DNA of 62,934 nucleotides, the filler included, from Thermodesulfobacteriota bacterium (GTDB lineage Bacteria > DASVDK01), in NCBI GenBank assembly GCA_036381125.1. It is 4 parts of 4 records of this genome, joined end to end, with 100 filler letters (N's around TTAATTAATTAA, not from the genome) between each part and the next. Parts side by side here need not be neighbours in the genome. Positions count along the whole stretch, not along the records: positions 1 to 15,060 come from DASVDK010000168.1; 3 more parts are not named here. One strand, 5' to 3'. A model generated the notes under the pieces. That model did not search any database and was not told the origin of the DNA. It saw only the letters and a program-made list of their open reading frames with translations. Numbering within the stretch: the stretch's first letter is position 1; every line of letters starts with the position of its first letter. This document shows positions 1 through 11,113 of this stretch, in pieces. Position numbers and translations under genes: made by a program.

Positions 1-2
1 CG

Positions 3-2408
3 ATGTCTCCGCTCGGCGCGGCCGCGGCGCACGCCCTCAGGCCGACGGCCGACCCGGCCGCGGTGGCCGAGGCGCTCGCGGAGACCACCGAGGCGCGGCG
101 CCTCGTGGAGCGGTCCGGGCCCTTCCCGCTGTCGGGCCTGCCCGACCTGACGCCGCGGCTCGCCGCGCTACGCGTCGAGGGGGCCGTCCTGCCGGGGCCC
201 GAGCTGGTCGACGTGCTCCGCGCGGCCGAGGCCGCCATCAGCACGCGGCGCGCCCTGCGGCACGCCGCCGACGTCGCGCCCCGCCTCGCGGCGCGCGCCG
301 AGCGGCTGGTCGAGCTGCCGCACCTCGCGGCCGCCATCCGGCGCGCCATCGGCCCGCAGTACGAGATCCTCGACGAGGCCTCGCCGGAGCTGGCGCGGGT
401 GCGGGCCGAGAAGGACCGGGTGCGGGGCCAGATCCAGTCGAGCCTCGAGCGGCTCCTCGGCGACGAGCGGGTCGCCGCCGTCATCCAGGACCGGGTCGTC
501 ACGCAGCGCAACGACCGCTACGTGATCCCGGTCAAGACGAACTACCGCGGCCTCCTCCCGGGGGTGGTGCACGACCAGTCGCAGAGCCGCGCCACCTACT
601 TCGTCGAGCCGCTCGCGGTCGTCGACGCCAACAACCAGCTCGCCCTCCTGCGGCAGCAGGAGAAGGAGGAGGAGTGGCGCGTCCTCGCCGCCCTCACGGC
701 CGACGCCCGCCGCCACCGCGACGCGCTCGCGGAGAACCAGGCCATCCTCGCCCACCTCGACCTCGCCCAGGCGAAGGCCGCGCTGTCGCGCCGCCTCGAG
801 GCGGCCGAGCCGCGGCTCCTGCCGCCGGCGGCCGAGGGCCTGCGGGGGCTCGCGCTGAGGCAGGCGCGCCATCCGCTCCTGCTGCTCCAGGCGGAAGCGG
901 CTCGACGGGACGGGCTGCCCCCCCGCACCGTCGTTCCCGTGGAGATCACCGTCGAGCCGGCGGTGCGGACGCTCCTCATCAGCGGGGCCAACGCCGGCGG
1001 CAAGACGGTCTCGCTCAAGACGCTGGGGCTCCTCGCCCTCATGGCGCAGGCGGGGCTGCACATCCCGGCCTCGCCCGACAGCGAGCTGCCGGTCTTCGCG
1101 CAGGTCTTCGCCGACATCGGCGACGACCAGGCCATCGAGCAGGGGCTGTCGTCCTTCTCGGCGCACGTGAAGGCGCTCGCCCACGTCCTCTCCAGGGCCG
1201 ACGGCGGTTCGCTCGTCCTCCTCGACGAGCTGGGGACCGGGACCGATCCGGAGGAGGGCTCGGCCCTCGCGGTCGCGGTCCTCGATCGGCTCCGCGCCCA
1301 GGGGGCCCTGGTCGTGGCGACGACCCACCTCGCGCCGCTCAAGGCCTACGCCTACGGCCGCGAGGGGGCCCAGAACGTGGCGGTCGAGTTCGATCCGCGG
1401 TCGCTCGGCCCCACCTACCGGCTCATCTACGGCTCGATCGGCCAGAGCAACGCGATCGCCCTCGCGAGGGCCTTCGGCTTCCCGGCCGACGTCGTCGCGG
1501 CCGCCGAGGCGACCCTGGCCGGCGGCGACTCGCGGGCGGCGGCCCTGCTGCGCGACATCGAGCGTGCACGCCGCGCCGCGACGTCGGAACTCAGGCGGGC
1601 CGAGCGGCTCCGGCAGCGGGCGGCGCAGGCGGCCCGCACGGCCGAGGCGGCCGAGGCCGAACTCCGGGAGAAGCGGAGCGCGATCCTCGCCCGGGCGCGC
1701 GAGGAGGCGGCCCGGACGGTCGCGGCGGCCGACGCGGAGATGCGCAGGGTCCTCGACGACCTCAAGGCGCGCGCCGCCGAGGCGGCCGTCGCGCCGCACG
1801 TCGTGGCGGGCGCCAAGGGGGCGCTGCGGCACGCGAAGGCGCGCCTCGCCGAGGCGCTCCGTCCCGAGGCGGCCGGCGAGGCCGCCCCCGCGCCGGCGGA
1901 GCGGGATGAGGGGCTCGGCCCCGGCGACCGGGTCCGGGTCGCGTCGCTCGGCCGGGAGGGAGAAGTCGTGTCGATCGACGAGGCGGCGGGCCAGGCGGAG
2001 GTCGCCTTCGGGGCGCTCAAGCTCAGGGTCCCGCTCGAGGGGCTGGCCCGCCTCGGCGGCCGGCGCCGGCCCGGCGCGGCGAAGGGCTGGGAAGGAGTGC
2101 AGGCGGCGCCGCGCCGCGAGCAGCCGAGGGTCACGATCGACGCCGAGGGCCGGAAGGTCGAACCGGCCCGGGAGGTCAACGTCATCGGCCTGCGCGTGGA
2201 CGAGGCGCTGCCGGTAGTGGACAAGTCGCTCGACGATGCTATCCTGGCCGGCTTCTCACGGGTGGCGATCATCCACGGGACCGGCACCGGGCGGCTGCGC
2301 GCGGCCATCCGCGAGTTCCTCCGGACGCACAGGTCGGTCCGATCGGTGACGGGGGGCGACCCGGCGCACGGCGGCGCCGGCGTCACCCTCGTGGACCTCG
2401 GAGGCTAG
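3..2408 (+). CDS. mutS2: Endonuclease MutS2 with C-terminal Smr domain (probably 5'-truncated by the window edge)
   Basis: Walker A GANAGGKT, IGDDQAIEQGLSSFS, LLDELGTGTDP, VATTH, KOW-like segment, Smr motif IIHGTGTGRLR. Confidence 0.95.
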   Translation: MSPLGAAAAHALRPTADPAAVAEALAETTEARRLVERSGPFPLSGLPDLTPRLAALRVEGAVLPGPELVDVLRAAEAAISTRRALRHAADVAPRLAARAERLVELPHLAAAIRRAIGPQYEILDEASPELARVRAEKDRVRGQIQSSLERLLGDERVAAVIQDRVVTQRNDRYVIPVKTNYRGLLPGVVHDQSQSRATYFVEPLAVVDANNQLALLRQQEKEEEWRVLAALTADARRHRDALAENQAILAHLDLAQAKAALSRRLEAAEPRLLPPAAEGLRGLALRQARHPLLLLQAEAARRDGLPPRTVVPVEITVEPAVRTLLISGANAGGKTVSLKTLGLLALMAQAGLHIPASPDSELPVFAQVFADIGDDQAIEQGLSSFSAHVKALAHVLSRADGGSLVLLDELGTGTDPEEGSALAVAVLDRLRAQGALVVATTHLAPLKAYAYGREGAQNVAVEFDPRSLGPTYRLIYGSIGQSNAIALARAFGFPADVVAAAEATLAGGDSRAAALLRDIERARRAATSELRRAERLRQRAAQAARTAEAAEAELREKRSAILARAREEAARTVAAADAEMRRVLDDLKARAAEAAVAPHVVAGAKGALRHAKARLAEALRPEAAGEAAPAPAERDEGLGPGDRVRVASLGREGEVVSIDEAAGQAEVAFGALKLRVPLEGLARLGGRRRPGAAKGWEGVQAAPRREQPRVTIDAEGRKVEPAREVNVIGLRVDEALPVVDKSLDDAILAGFSRVAIIHGTGTGRLRAAIREFLRTHRSVRSVTGGDPAHGGAGVTLVDLGG

Positions 2409-2413
2409 GGGCG

Positions 2414-4246
2414 ATGCCCTTCATCCCCGAGGAGACGCTGCGCGAGATCCGGGAGCGGACGAACATCGTCGAGCTGATCGGCGAGCACGTCGCCCTCCGC
2501 AAGGCGGGGCAGTCCTGGAAGGGGCTCTGCCCGTTCCACGGGGAGAAGACCCCTTCCTTCACCGTGAACGAGGCGCGCGGCGTGTTCCACTGCTTCGGTT
2601 GCGGGGCGGGCGGGACCGCGTTCGACTTCCTGATGCGGCGCGAGGGGATGACCTTCCCCGAGGCGGCGCGCGCGCTGGCGCGCCGGGTCGGGGTGCCGGT
2701 GCCGGCCGACGACCTCTCGCCGGAGGCGCGGCGGGCCGAGGCCGAGCGGCAGGCGCTCCTCGCCGTCAACGCCGCCGCGGCCGCCTTCTTCCGCGCGCGG
2801 CTCGCCGGCCCGGACGGGCGGGCGGCGCGGGAGTACCTGGTCTCGCGCGGCCTCTCGGCCGAGACCGTCGAGGCCTTCGGCCTCGGGTACGCGCCGGCCG
2901 GGTGGGAGAACCTGCTGAGGCACCTCGCCGGCCAGGGGCACCGGCCGGAGACGGTCGCGCGGGCCGGCCTCGCGGTGGCGCGGGAGTCGGGCAGCGGCTA
3001 CTACGACCGCTTCCGCGACCGCCTCGTGATCCCCATCGCCGACGCCCAGGGGCGCGTCGTCGCCTTCGGGGGGCGGGCGATGGCGAAGGACCAGGAGCCG
3101 AAGTACCTCAACTCGGCCGAGTCGGCGGTGTACCACAAGGGTGACGTCCTCTACGGGCTCCCCCAGGCGCGCGAGGCCATCCGGCGGGCCGACCAGGTCG
3201 TGGTCGTCGAGGGGTACTTCGACTGCATCGCGCTGCACCAGGCGGGGGTGAAGGAGACGGTCGCCACCTGCGGCACGGCCCTCACGGCGCGACACGTGGA
3301 GACGCTGAAGCGGTACGCGAGGGAGGTCGTCACGCTCTTCGACGGCGATCCGGCGGGGCTGCGCGCCGCCGAGCGGAGCCTGGAGCTCTTCGATCAGGCG
3401 CAGGTGGCCGCGCGCGTCGCCGAGCTGCCGAGCGGGGAGGACCCCGACACGTTCGTGCGGAAGGTCGGCGAGTCGGGGCTCAGGGCGCGCCTGGCGCGCG
3501 CGCGCTCGCTGCCGGAGGCCTTCATCGACGCGTGCGTCCGGCAGGAGAAGACGCACACGATCGAGGGCAAGATCCGCGTGCTGCGGGCCGTGAGGCCGCT
3601 GATCGCGCGGATGCGCGACCGGTACGCCCGCGACTCCTACCTGCGGTATCTCACCGACCGGCTGGGCGGGCCGGGCGAGGCCGAGGACCTGATTCGCCAG
3701 CACGTCCTCTCGTGGCGGCCCGGCGAGTCGGGTGGACGGGTCGAGCCGCCGCCCGCGGCGCGGCCCGCGCGTCGACCGGCGGTGGCCGGCGCCGAGGCGG
3801 ACGGCGACTGCCTGATCCGCGCCGTGCTGTCGTCGCCGGACCTCGCGGCGGAGATCCTGTCCGGGACGGTGCTGGAGGCGCTGGGGGACCCGGCGGTCTC
3901 CGAGATCGTGGCGGTGGCGGCCGGCCTGGTGCGCGAGCGGGGCGCCGAGGCGGTGTCCGCCGCCGGCCTCGTCGACGGCGTGACCGACCAGGGGGCGCGC
4001 GAGCGCCTGGCGCGCGTGGCCGCGCGGTCGGGCGACCTGCCCGCGGACGCGGCGGTGGCGCGCAGGCTCGTCGAGGACGCGTCGCTGTCGATCCGCCGGC
4101 GGGCCATCGCGCGAGAGCTGTCTCAGGTGGCTCGCGCCCTGCGCGACGCGGAGACGCGCGGGGCGACCGAGGACATGCGTCTGCTGACCGCTCGCGCGGC
4201 CGAGCTGGCGATCGCGAAGGGTCAGGTCTCGAAGCAGACGTCTTGA
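2414..4246 (+). CDS. dnaG: DNA primase
   Basis: CHC2 zinc finger [11 protein letters not shown]...CFGC, KYLNS, Toprim VVEGYFD and FDGD, DPD; lies upstream of rpoD. Confidence 0.97.
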   Translation: MPFIPEETLREIRERTNIVELIGEHVALRKAGQSWKGLCPFHGEKTPSFTVNEARGVFHCFGCGAGGTAFDFLMRREGMTFPEAARALARRVGVPVPADDLSPEARRAEAERQALLAVNAAAAAFFRARLAGPDGRAAREYLVSRGLSAETVEAFGLGYAPAGWENLLRHLAGQGHRPETVARAGLAVARESGSGYYDRFRDRLVIPIADAQGRVVAFGGRAMAKDQEPKYLNSAESAVYHKGDVLYGLPQAREAIRRADQVVVVEGYFDCIALHQAGVKETVATCGTALTARHVETLKRYAREVVTLFDGDPAGLRAAERSLELFDQAQVAARVAELPSGEDPDTFVRKVGESGLRARLARARSLPEAFIDACVRQEKTHTIEGKIRVLRAVRPLIARMRDRYARDSYLRYLTDRLGGPGEAEDLIRQHVLSWRPGESGGRVEPPPAARPARRPAVAGAEADGDCLIRAVLSSPDLAAEILSGTVLEALGDPAVSEIVAVAAGLVRERGAEAVSAAGLVDGVTDQGARERLARVAARSGDLPADAAVARRLVEDASLSIRRRAIARELSQVARALRDAETRGATEDMRLLTARAAELAIAKGQVSKQTS

Positions 4247-4302
4247 GTCGACGGGTAGGGCAGCGCGGGACCGCGGCGGGTCCCGATCCGGAGGGGCGCA
4301 GG

Positions 4303-6069
<1,767 letters not shown>

Positions 6070-6152
6070 GAATGTGACCCGTCCCGGCTCTGCCGAGGCG
6101 CGCCTCGGTAGTTGGCCGGCACGGCTTTCCCAAGGCGGAGCTTGGTAGTTCG

Positions 6153-6228
6153 GGGCCCATAGCTCAACTGGTAGAGCCGCCGGCTCATAACCGGTTCGGT
6201 CCAGGTTCGAGCCCTGGTGGGCCCACCA
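6153..6228 (+). tRNA. tRNA with CAT anticodon, most likely tRNA-Ile2 (lysidine-modified) rather than tRNA-Met
   Basis: Acceptor stem GGGCCCA/TGGGCCC, D arm, anticodon loop CT-CAT-AA, T loop TTCGAGC, encoded CCA. The Ile2 identity is inferred from the acceptor stem and the position after rpoD. Confidence 0.93.
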
Positions 6229-6285
6229 CGACTGTCTGAATCGAACGCCGTCCCTCTCGGGGACAGAATCAGGAGGACGCTCACG

Positions 6286-7008
6286 TTGCAGACTGTACTT
6301 GCCCGATTGGGTCAGCTCCAGGAGGTCGACCTCAGGCTCGACAAGATCCGCCGGACGCGCGATCAGGTGCCCGAGCGGATCGCGCGGCTCGAGGCCGAGG
6401 TCGCTCGGGAGGCGGCGGCCCTCGCGGCGGACGAGGAGAAGCTGCGCGCGCTCGAGGCGCAGAAGGCCGAGGCCGAGCGGTCGGTCGTCGCCGACGCGGA
6501 GCGGCTCAAGGTGGCCGAGCATCGGCTGATCAGCATCAAGACGGTCCGCGAGTACCAGGCGGCCAAGCGCGAGCTGGACTTCGCGAAGAAGGCCGGCAGC
6601 CTGCGCGAGGAGGAGATCGGACGCACGACCGCGCAGATCGAGGAGCTGAAGAAGTCGGTCGACGCGCGGCGCGAGGCGCTCGCCGCCAGGCAGGCGGCGG
6701 CCGAGCGGGAGATCGGCGAGCTGAAGGCGGAGCTGGACCGGGTCGAGTCGCAGGTCGCCGTGGAGGCGGCCGAGCGCGACCGGCTCGTCGAGGGGATCGA
6801 CCCCAACCTCCTGCGCCGCTACGACCAGATCAGGAGCCGCCGCCAGGGGCTGGCCGTGGTGGAGGCGCGCGGCGGCGCGTGCGCCGGCTGCCGCATGGCG
6901 ATCCCGCCGCAGATCTACAACGAGGTGCAGCGCAACGGCGAGATCGTCTCCTGCCCGAACTGCCAGCGGATCCTCTACTTCGTCCGCGAGCACCAGCAGC
7001 CGGCGTAG
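6286..7008 (+). CDS. Coiled-coil protein with C-terminal C4 zinc ribbon (zf-RING_7; CT398/HP0958-like)
   Basis: LQEVD start, long coiled coil, [11 protein letters not shown]...[11 protein letters not shown] start after AGGAGG. Confidence 0.9.
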   Translation: MQTVLARLGQLQEVDLRLDKIRRTRDQVPERIARLEAEVAREAAALAADEEKLRALEAQKAEAERSVVADAERLKVAEHRLISIKTVREYQAAKRELDFAKKAGSLREEEIGRTTAQIEELKKSVDARREALAARQAAAEREIGELKAELDRVESQVAVEAAERDRLVEGIDPNLLRRYDQIRSRRQGLAVVEARGGACAGCRMAIPPQIYNEVQRNGEIVSCPNCQRILYFVREHQQPA

Positions 7009-7011
7009 CGG

Positions 7012-7482
7012 ATGACGGCGTCCACTCGGCGCGGGGACGGCACGGTGCCGCGGGCCGTCCGCATGCACGTGGACGGCGCCTCGCGCGGCAACCCCGGGCC
7101 GGCCGGCGCCGGCGTGGCCTTCTTCGACGCCGCCGGCCGCCTCGTCGGCGAGGCGGGCCTCTACCTCGGGACGGCCACGAACAACGAGGCCGAGTACCAC
7201 GGCCTCCTCCTCGGCCTCGAGATCGCCGAGGCGCACGGCCTGCGCGATCTCGACGTCGTGGCCGACTCGGAACTCCTCGTGAAGCAGCTCAACGGGCAGT
7301 ACAGGGTCCGGGAGCCGCGCCTCCAGGCCCTGCACGCGAAGGCGCGCGAGCGGGCGGCCCGCCTCGGCCGCGTCACCTTCCGCCACGTCCCGCGCGCCCA
7401 GAACGCCGAGGCCGACCGGATGTCCAACGAGGCGATCGACCGGCGGCTGCGCGGGGTCGCCGACCTCGTGTGGTGCGGGTAG
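7012..7482 (+). CDS. rnhA: Ribonuclease HI family protein
   Basis: VDGASRGNPGPAG, TNNEAEY, DSEL, HVPRAQNAEADRMSN. Confidence 0.92.
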   Translation: MTASTRRGDGTVPRAVRMHVDGASRGNPGPAGAGVAFFDAAGRLVGEAGLYLGTATNNEAEYHGLLLGLEIAEAHGLRDLDVVADSELLVKQLNGQYRVREPRLQALHAKARERAARLGRVTFRHVPRAQNAEADRMSNEAIDRRLRGVADLVWCG

Positions 7483-7572
7483 GTCGACCGCTCGCCATGC
7501 ATCGGGGAGGCACGCCGAGCGCGACGATGCAGGCCGCGCCCGGTGTCGGTCATCGTGCGTGTCGCTTTCGAC

Positions 7573-7602
7573 TTGACGGCCTCACACGCCTTCCCCTACG
7601 GT
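7573..7602 (+). promoter_or_regulatory. Possible sigma70 promoter for the Rhs cassette
   Basis: TTGACG-18 nt-TACGGT; GGAGGAG RBS at 7809-7815. Confidence 0.4.
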
Positions 7603-7821
7603 CGCCGCAGGTAAGGCTCGCCTCCTGAGAGGCCAGGCCGTCCGTCGCGGCTGACGCGCCGCGGCGTAGAGCCCTCCGACTTGCATGCGGTCCCCCGACC
7701 GCCCGTCGTCGGGACTCTTCCGGGAGAGCACGGACCGACCGGTACGGTTCCGCTGCTGCCATGAGGCGGCCGCGCGCGGGTCCGCGCGCAGACAGCTCGC
7801 ACGTTCCCGGAGGAGCCTGCG

Positions 7822-8870
7822 ATGCGGTTCCGGATCGCTCCATACTCGACGCGTGTGTTTGCCGCTTGCCTCGCTCTCGCCGCCGCGCTCCTGGGAGCGC
7901 ACGCGTGGGCCGCCGAGCGTGTGCTCTTCCATCACGACGACGCCGTGGGCTCACCGGTCGCCATGACCGATTCCACCGGCGCCGTCGTCTGGGGGGCCGA
8001 CTACGAGCCGTTCGGCGGCGTGGTGGAGGAGAGCGGGACCGCGTCCACGACGCATCGGTTCACCGGCAAGGAGCGTGATGTCGAGACGGGACTCGACTAC
8101 TTCGGGGCGCGGTACTACGACGCGCGAATCGGACGATTTCTGTCGGTCGACCCTCTGCTCGACATCGATGCGGCAGCCGGCGCGCCGCAGCGTTGGAATC
8201 GTTTCGCGTACGCCTTGAACAGCCCGTTCCGATACGGCGACCCTGATGGAAGAGATGCGGTCATACTGAATGGGGGGTTCATCGGAGGGGAGCCAGGTGT
8301 CCGAACCCTGGCTGACACCGTGAGGACATTCTTCCCGCCGCGCAAGAGGGACGCTATCCCGAGGGCAGTCGGGCCGGGACGTCGGGGCTACGGGGGGGCC
8401 TGCACGAGAAGCCGTGGGCCGGTGTGCTCTTCGCCGAGAAACATGTCCACAAGAGCGAGCCACGGATACTCGCTGGATGGAGCGTGGGCGGTGACGCTGC
8501 ACTGGATGCGGGCTCTCCGCACGGGGGCGGCACGTGGGATCTGCGCGTGGTTGTCGGAGCCGCTGTCACCCCGGACATTCTGCGGCGCATCCATAGGGCG
8601 GCGAAAACTTCCGACATGGTCGTGATCGTGGCGCTCAGGGGCGACACGTTCGGAGGTGACCGGTCCTACGAATCGCTGGTCTTCACCCTGCGCGGGGCGT
8701 TCCGCAGCATGGACAAGTTCTACGAGTACTATCCGAACGTCCAGATCGAGCCATCGGACGCGTCACACTATACGGGCGGCGGGAACCACCGGAGCACTCA
8801 AGAGGCGATTCGAAGAGGCGTGGAGACCGTGAGCGAGCGGATCCTGCGCCTCCAACGCGCGCGTCGATGA
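7822..8870 (+). CDS. Signal-peptide mini-Rhs core fused to an alpha/beta-hydrolase-like toxin domain, frameshifted near the G7 run at 8392-8398
   Basis: Sec-like signal, HHDDAVGSPVAMTD...YEPFG, RFTGKERDVETGLDYFGARYYD...GRFLSVDP, NRFAYALNSPFRYGDPDGR; the second frame (ORF 8424-8870) carries GWSVGG. Confidence 0.8.
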
Positions 8871-9520
8871 CCGGCGTCTCCGAGTCGGGGGGACGTGATG
8901 CGAGCCGCCGACGTCTCGTGCGCGCGTCGATCATGCTGGCGGTCGCGCTCTTCTTCAACGTCGTAGCGACATTCGTCCATGCCGGGGAGGAGATCCCGCT
9001 GTTCGGGTTCGTGGCCGGCGCAATCGCCGCGCTCCTCCTTGCACGTCTGGTCTTCCTGGGTATGCGCGGCGCCCGACTGTGGCGAGGTCTGGCGTGCGGG
9101 GTGGTATTCGTCGCGATGCTGCCCGTGCTCACGGTCGGTACTGGGCTCGTCGTGTATGACATTGCGAGCGGAGAAACTGGTACGGCCCTCTTTCCCTACT
9201 TGGTCGTAGCAGAGGGTCTCTATCTTTCAGTGGTCCCCGAGTCCGCCTACTACAGGAGCCGCCATCGAAACGAGAACGCGTTCCACACTCGACTCGTGCG
9301 CGCACTCCGCTCGTGTGACGAGCATCGCGTCAAGAGCACGTTGGAGGACGCCCTGGCTGGCCACGGAGGCGAACTGTACGGGGCGATCGATTTCTTCTCC
9401 CGCACGGTACTGACTCGCTTCGTCGACGAGGAGTGGTGCTCGGAAGAACTGCGCCGGTTCGTTCAGCAGCGTGCAGGCACCTGGATCGATCAAGTCCGGT
9501 TTCCAGAGCGCGGGTCATGA
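8867..9520 (+). CDS. Multi-pass membrane protein, candidate immunity protein
   Basis: ATGA overlap with the toxin ORF, about 4 hydrophobic segments then a soluble tail, atypical lower-GC codon usage. Confidence 0.6.
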   Translation: MTGVSESGGRDASRRRLVRASIMLAVALFFNVVATFVHAGEEIPLFGFVAGAIAALLLARLVFLGMRGARLWRGLACGVVFVAMLPVLTVGTGLVVYDIASGETGTALFPYLVVAEGLYLSVVPESAYYRSRHRNENAFHTRLVRALRSCDEHRVKSTLEDALAGHGGELYGAIDFFSRTVLTRFVDEEWCSEELRRFVQQRAGTWIDQVRFPERGS

Positions 9521-9803
9521 CCCCGTTTCTCACGCGGCGCGGCCGGCCGCAAGACCAACGTGCCGATACCCGACCGAGTCAGTGGTCTGGCACCGCACGT
9601 TGGGGAGCAGGTCGTCACCTCGTGTGACTCGAGATAGAAGGGGTATGGTCCTATGAACGCGACGTGTCGCCCGGCGGATCGTCCGGCGGCCGGCACGGCG
9701 CGACATGGGCAGGCCGAAGCAGTACACTCCTGAGCCTGGCGTCCCATTCTCCGTGACAGGTTCCGCCGCGCACCGAACCTGTCGCTCGGGAGGCGCGCTG
9801 CTC

Positions 9804-10613
9804 ATGACCCTGGTCGCGACAGGTGCCCCGCATGCGGGCGGAGACATCGTCGTTGCGCACGCGGATGGCGTGGCCACCGTCACCCTGAACCGTCCCCAGG
9901 TGAGGAACGCCGTCACCCTCGCCATGTGGCGGGCGATGCCGGACCTCTTCGCGCGCCTGGGCGCGGACGGGTCGGTCCGGGCGGTCGTGGTGCGGGGGGC
10001 CGGGACCGAGGCCTTCACCTCCGGCGCCGACATCGCGGAGTTTCGGGACGGCGAGTCGCGCGCGTACCACGAGGCCTACGAGGCGGCGGTCGAGGCGGTC
10101 GCCGCCTGCCCGAAGCCGGTCGTCGCGATGGTCCACGGCTACTGCATGGGGGGCGGGGTGGGGCTCGCCCTCGCGTGCGACCTCCGCTTCGCCGCGGACG
10201 ACGCCCGCTTCGCCGTTCCGGCCGCCCGCCTCTCGATCGCCTACCCGGTCGCCTCGGTCCGCCGGCTCGTCGCCCTCGTGGGCCCCTCGCGGGCGAAAGA
10301 CATCCTCTTCTCGGCCCGGGTGCTCGGCGCCGACGAGGCGCTCCGGATCGGCTTCGTCGACCGTGTGGTCGCGACGGGAGAGCTGGAGGCGGCCACGCGG
10401 GCGTACCTCCGCGACCTCGCCGCCCTCGCGCCGCTCTCGCAGCGGGCGTCGAAGGGGTTCGTGGACGGCCTGGTGGCGGGTCGCCTGGCAGCCGGCAAGC
10501 CGATCCCCGAGGACCTGGCCCGCCTCGCGTCCGACTGCCACGACAGCGCGGACTACGCCGAGGGCGTATGCGCCTTCCTCGAGAAGCGGCCCCCCCGCTT
10601 CACCGGCCGCTAG
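9804..10613 (+). CDS. Enoyl-CoA hydratase/isomerase family protein
   Basis: LNRPQVRNA, FTSGADI, HGYCMGGGVGLALACD, DYAEGVCAFLEKRPPRF. Confidence 0.92.
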   Translation: MTLVATGAPHAGGDIVVAHADGVATVTLNRPQVRNAVTLAMWRAMPDLFARLGADGSVRAVVVRGAGTEAFTSGADIAEFRDGESRAYHEAYEAAVEAVAACPKPVVAMVHGYCMGGGVGLALACDLRFAADDARFAVPAARLSIAYPVASVRRLVALVGPSRAKDILFSARVLGADEALRIGFVDRVVATGELEAATRAYLRDLAALAPLSQRASKGFVDGLVAGRLAAGKPIPEDLARLASDCHDSADYAEGVCAFLEKRPPRFTGR

Positions 10614-10682
10614 CGCCGCCAGGCTCGGCCGCGAGGTGGAAAATGGAAAGACCTGACCCCATCTGGAAGGGTTCGTCCGCGC

Positions 10683-10688
10683 TATAAT
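10683..10688 (+). promoter_or_regulatory. -10 box of rnpB
   Basis: Perfect TATAAT 7 nt before the P1 5' strand. Confidence 0.7.
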
Positions 10689-10695
10689 TGAGGGT

Positions 10696-11076
10696 CCTTC
10701 CGGGACGGTCACGCCATCGCTGGCGGCGGGGCCTTAAGGCCTCGCCGCGAGAGGAAAGTCGGGACACCGCAGGGCAGGGTGCGAGGTAACGCCTCGGCGG
10801 CGAGAGCCGACGGACAGTGCCACAGAGACCAGGTCCGCCGGCCCCGGGGGCTTCCCCCGCGGACGGCCGGAGTGAAAAGGGTAAACCCCACCCGGTGCAA
10901 GCCCAAATAGGGACGCGTTCGAGGGTGGCCCGCCCGAAGCGTCCGGGTTGGGTGCTCGAGGTCGCGGGCGACCGCGATCCTAGAGGAATGATGGCGCGCG
11001 ACAGAATCCCGCTTACCCCAGCCGTAGCTGGAGCGACGCCGGGCCGGCCTCCGGCGCGCTGACCGATCCCGGGAGG
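10696..11076 (+). ncRNA. rnpB: RNase P RNA (type A) with two extra hairpins between the P4 and P1 3' strands
   Basis: GAGGAAAGTC, ACAGTGCCACAGA, GGTAAACCCC..GGTGCAAG..CAAATAG, TAGAGGAATGAT, ACAGAATCCCGCTTAC; P1 is 10696-10710 paired with 11061-11076. Confidence 0.93.
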
Positions 11077-11079
11077 CGG

Positions 11080-11103
11080 CGCGCGGGCCGCGAGGCCCGC
11101 GCG
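11080..11103. terminator. GC-rich hairpin between convergent rnpB and the membrane protein gene
   Basis: CGCGCGGGCC-GCGA-GGCCCGCGCG; no strong U tract. Confidence 0.5.
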
Positions 11104-11113
11104 ACCGGGCCCT

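Noticed and set aside
6153-6228. tRNA as the integration site of the Rhs cassette
   Set aside because: Two conserved genes separate them, and I see no integrase or duplicated tRNA 3' end
7610-7815. Structured ncRNA in the Rhs leader
   Set aside because: Only short GC hairpins, which are expected by chance at this composition; no recognisable motif
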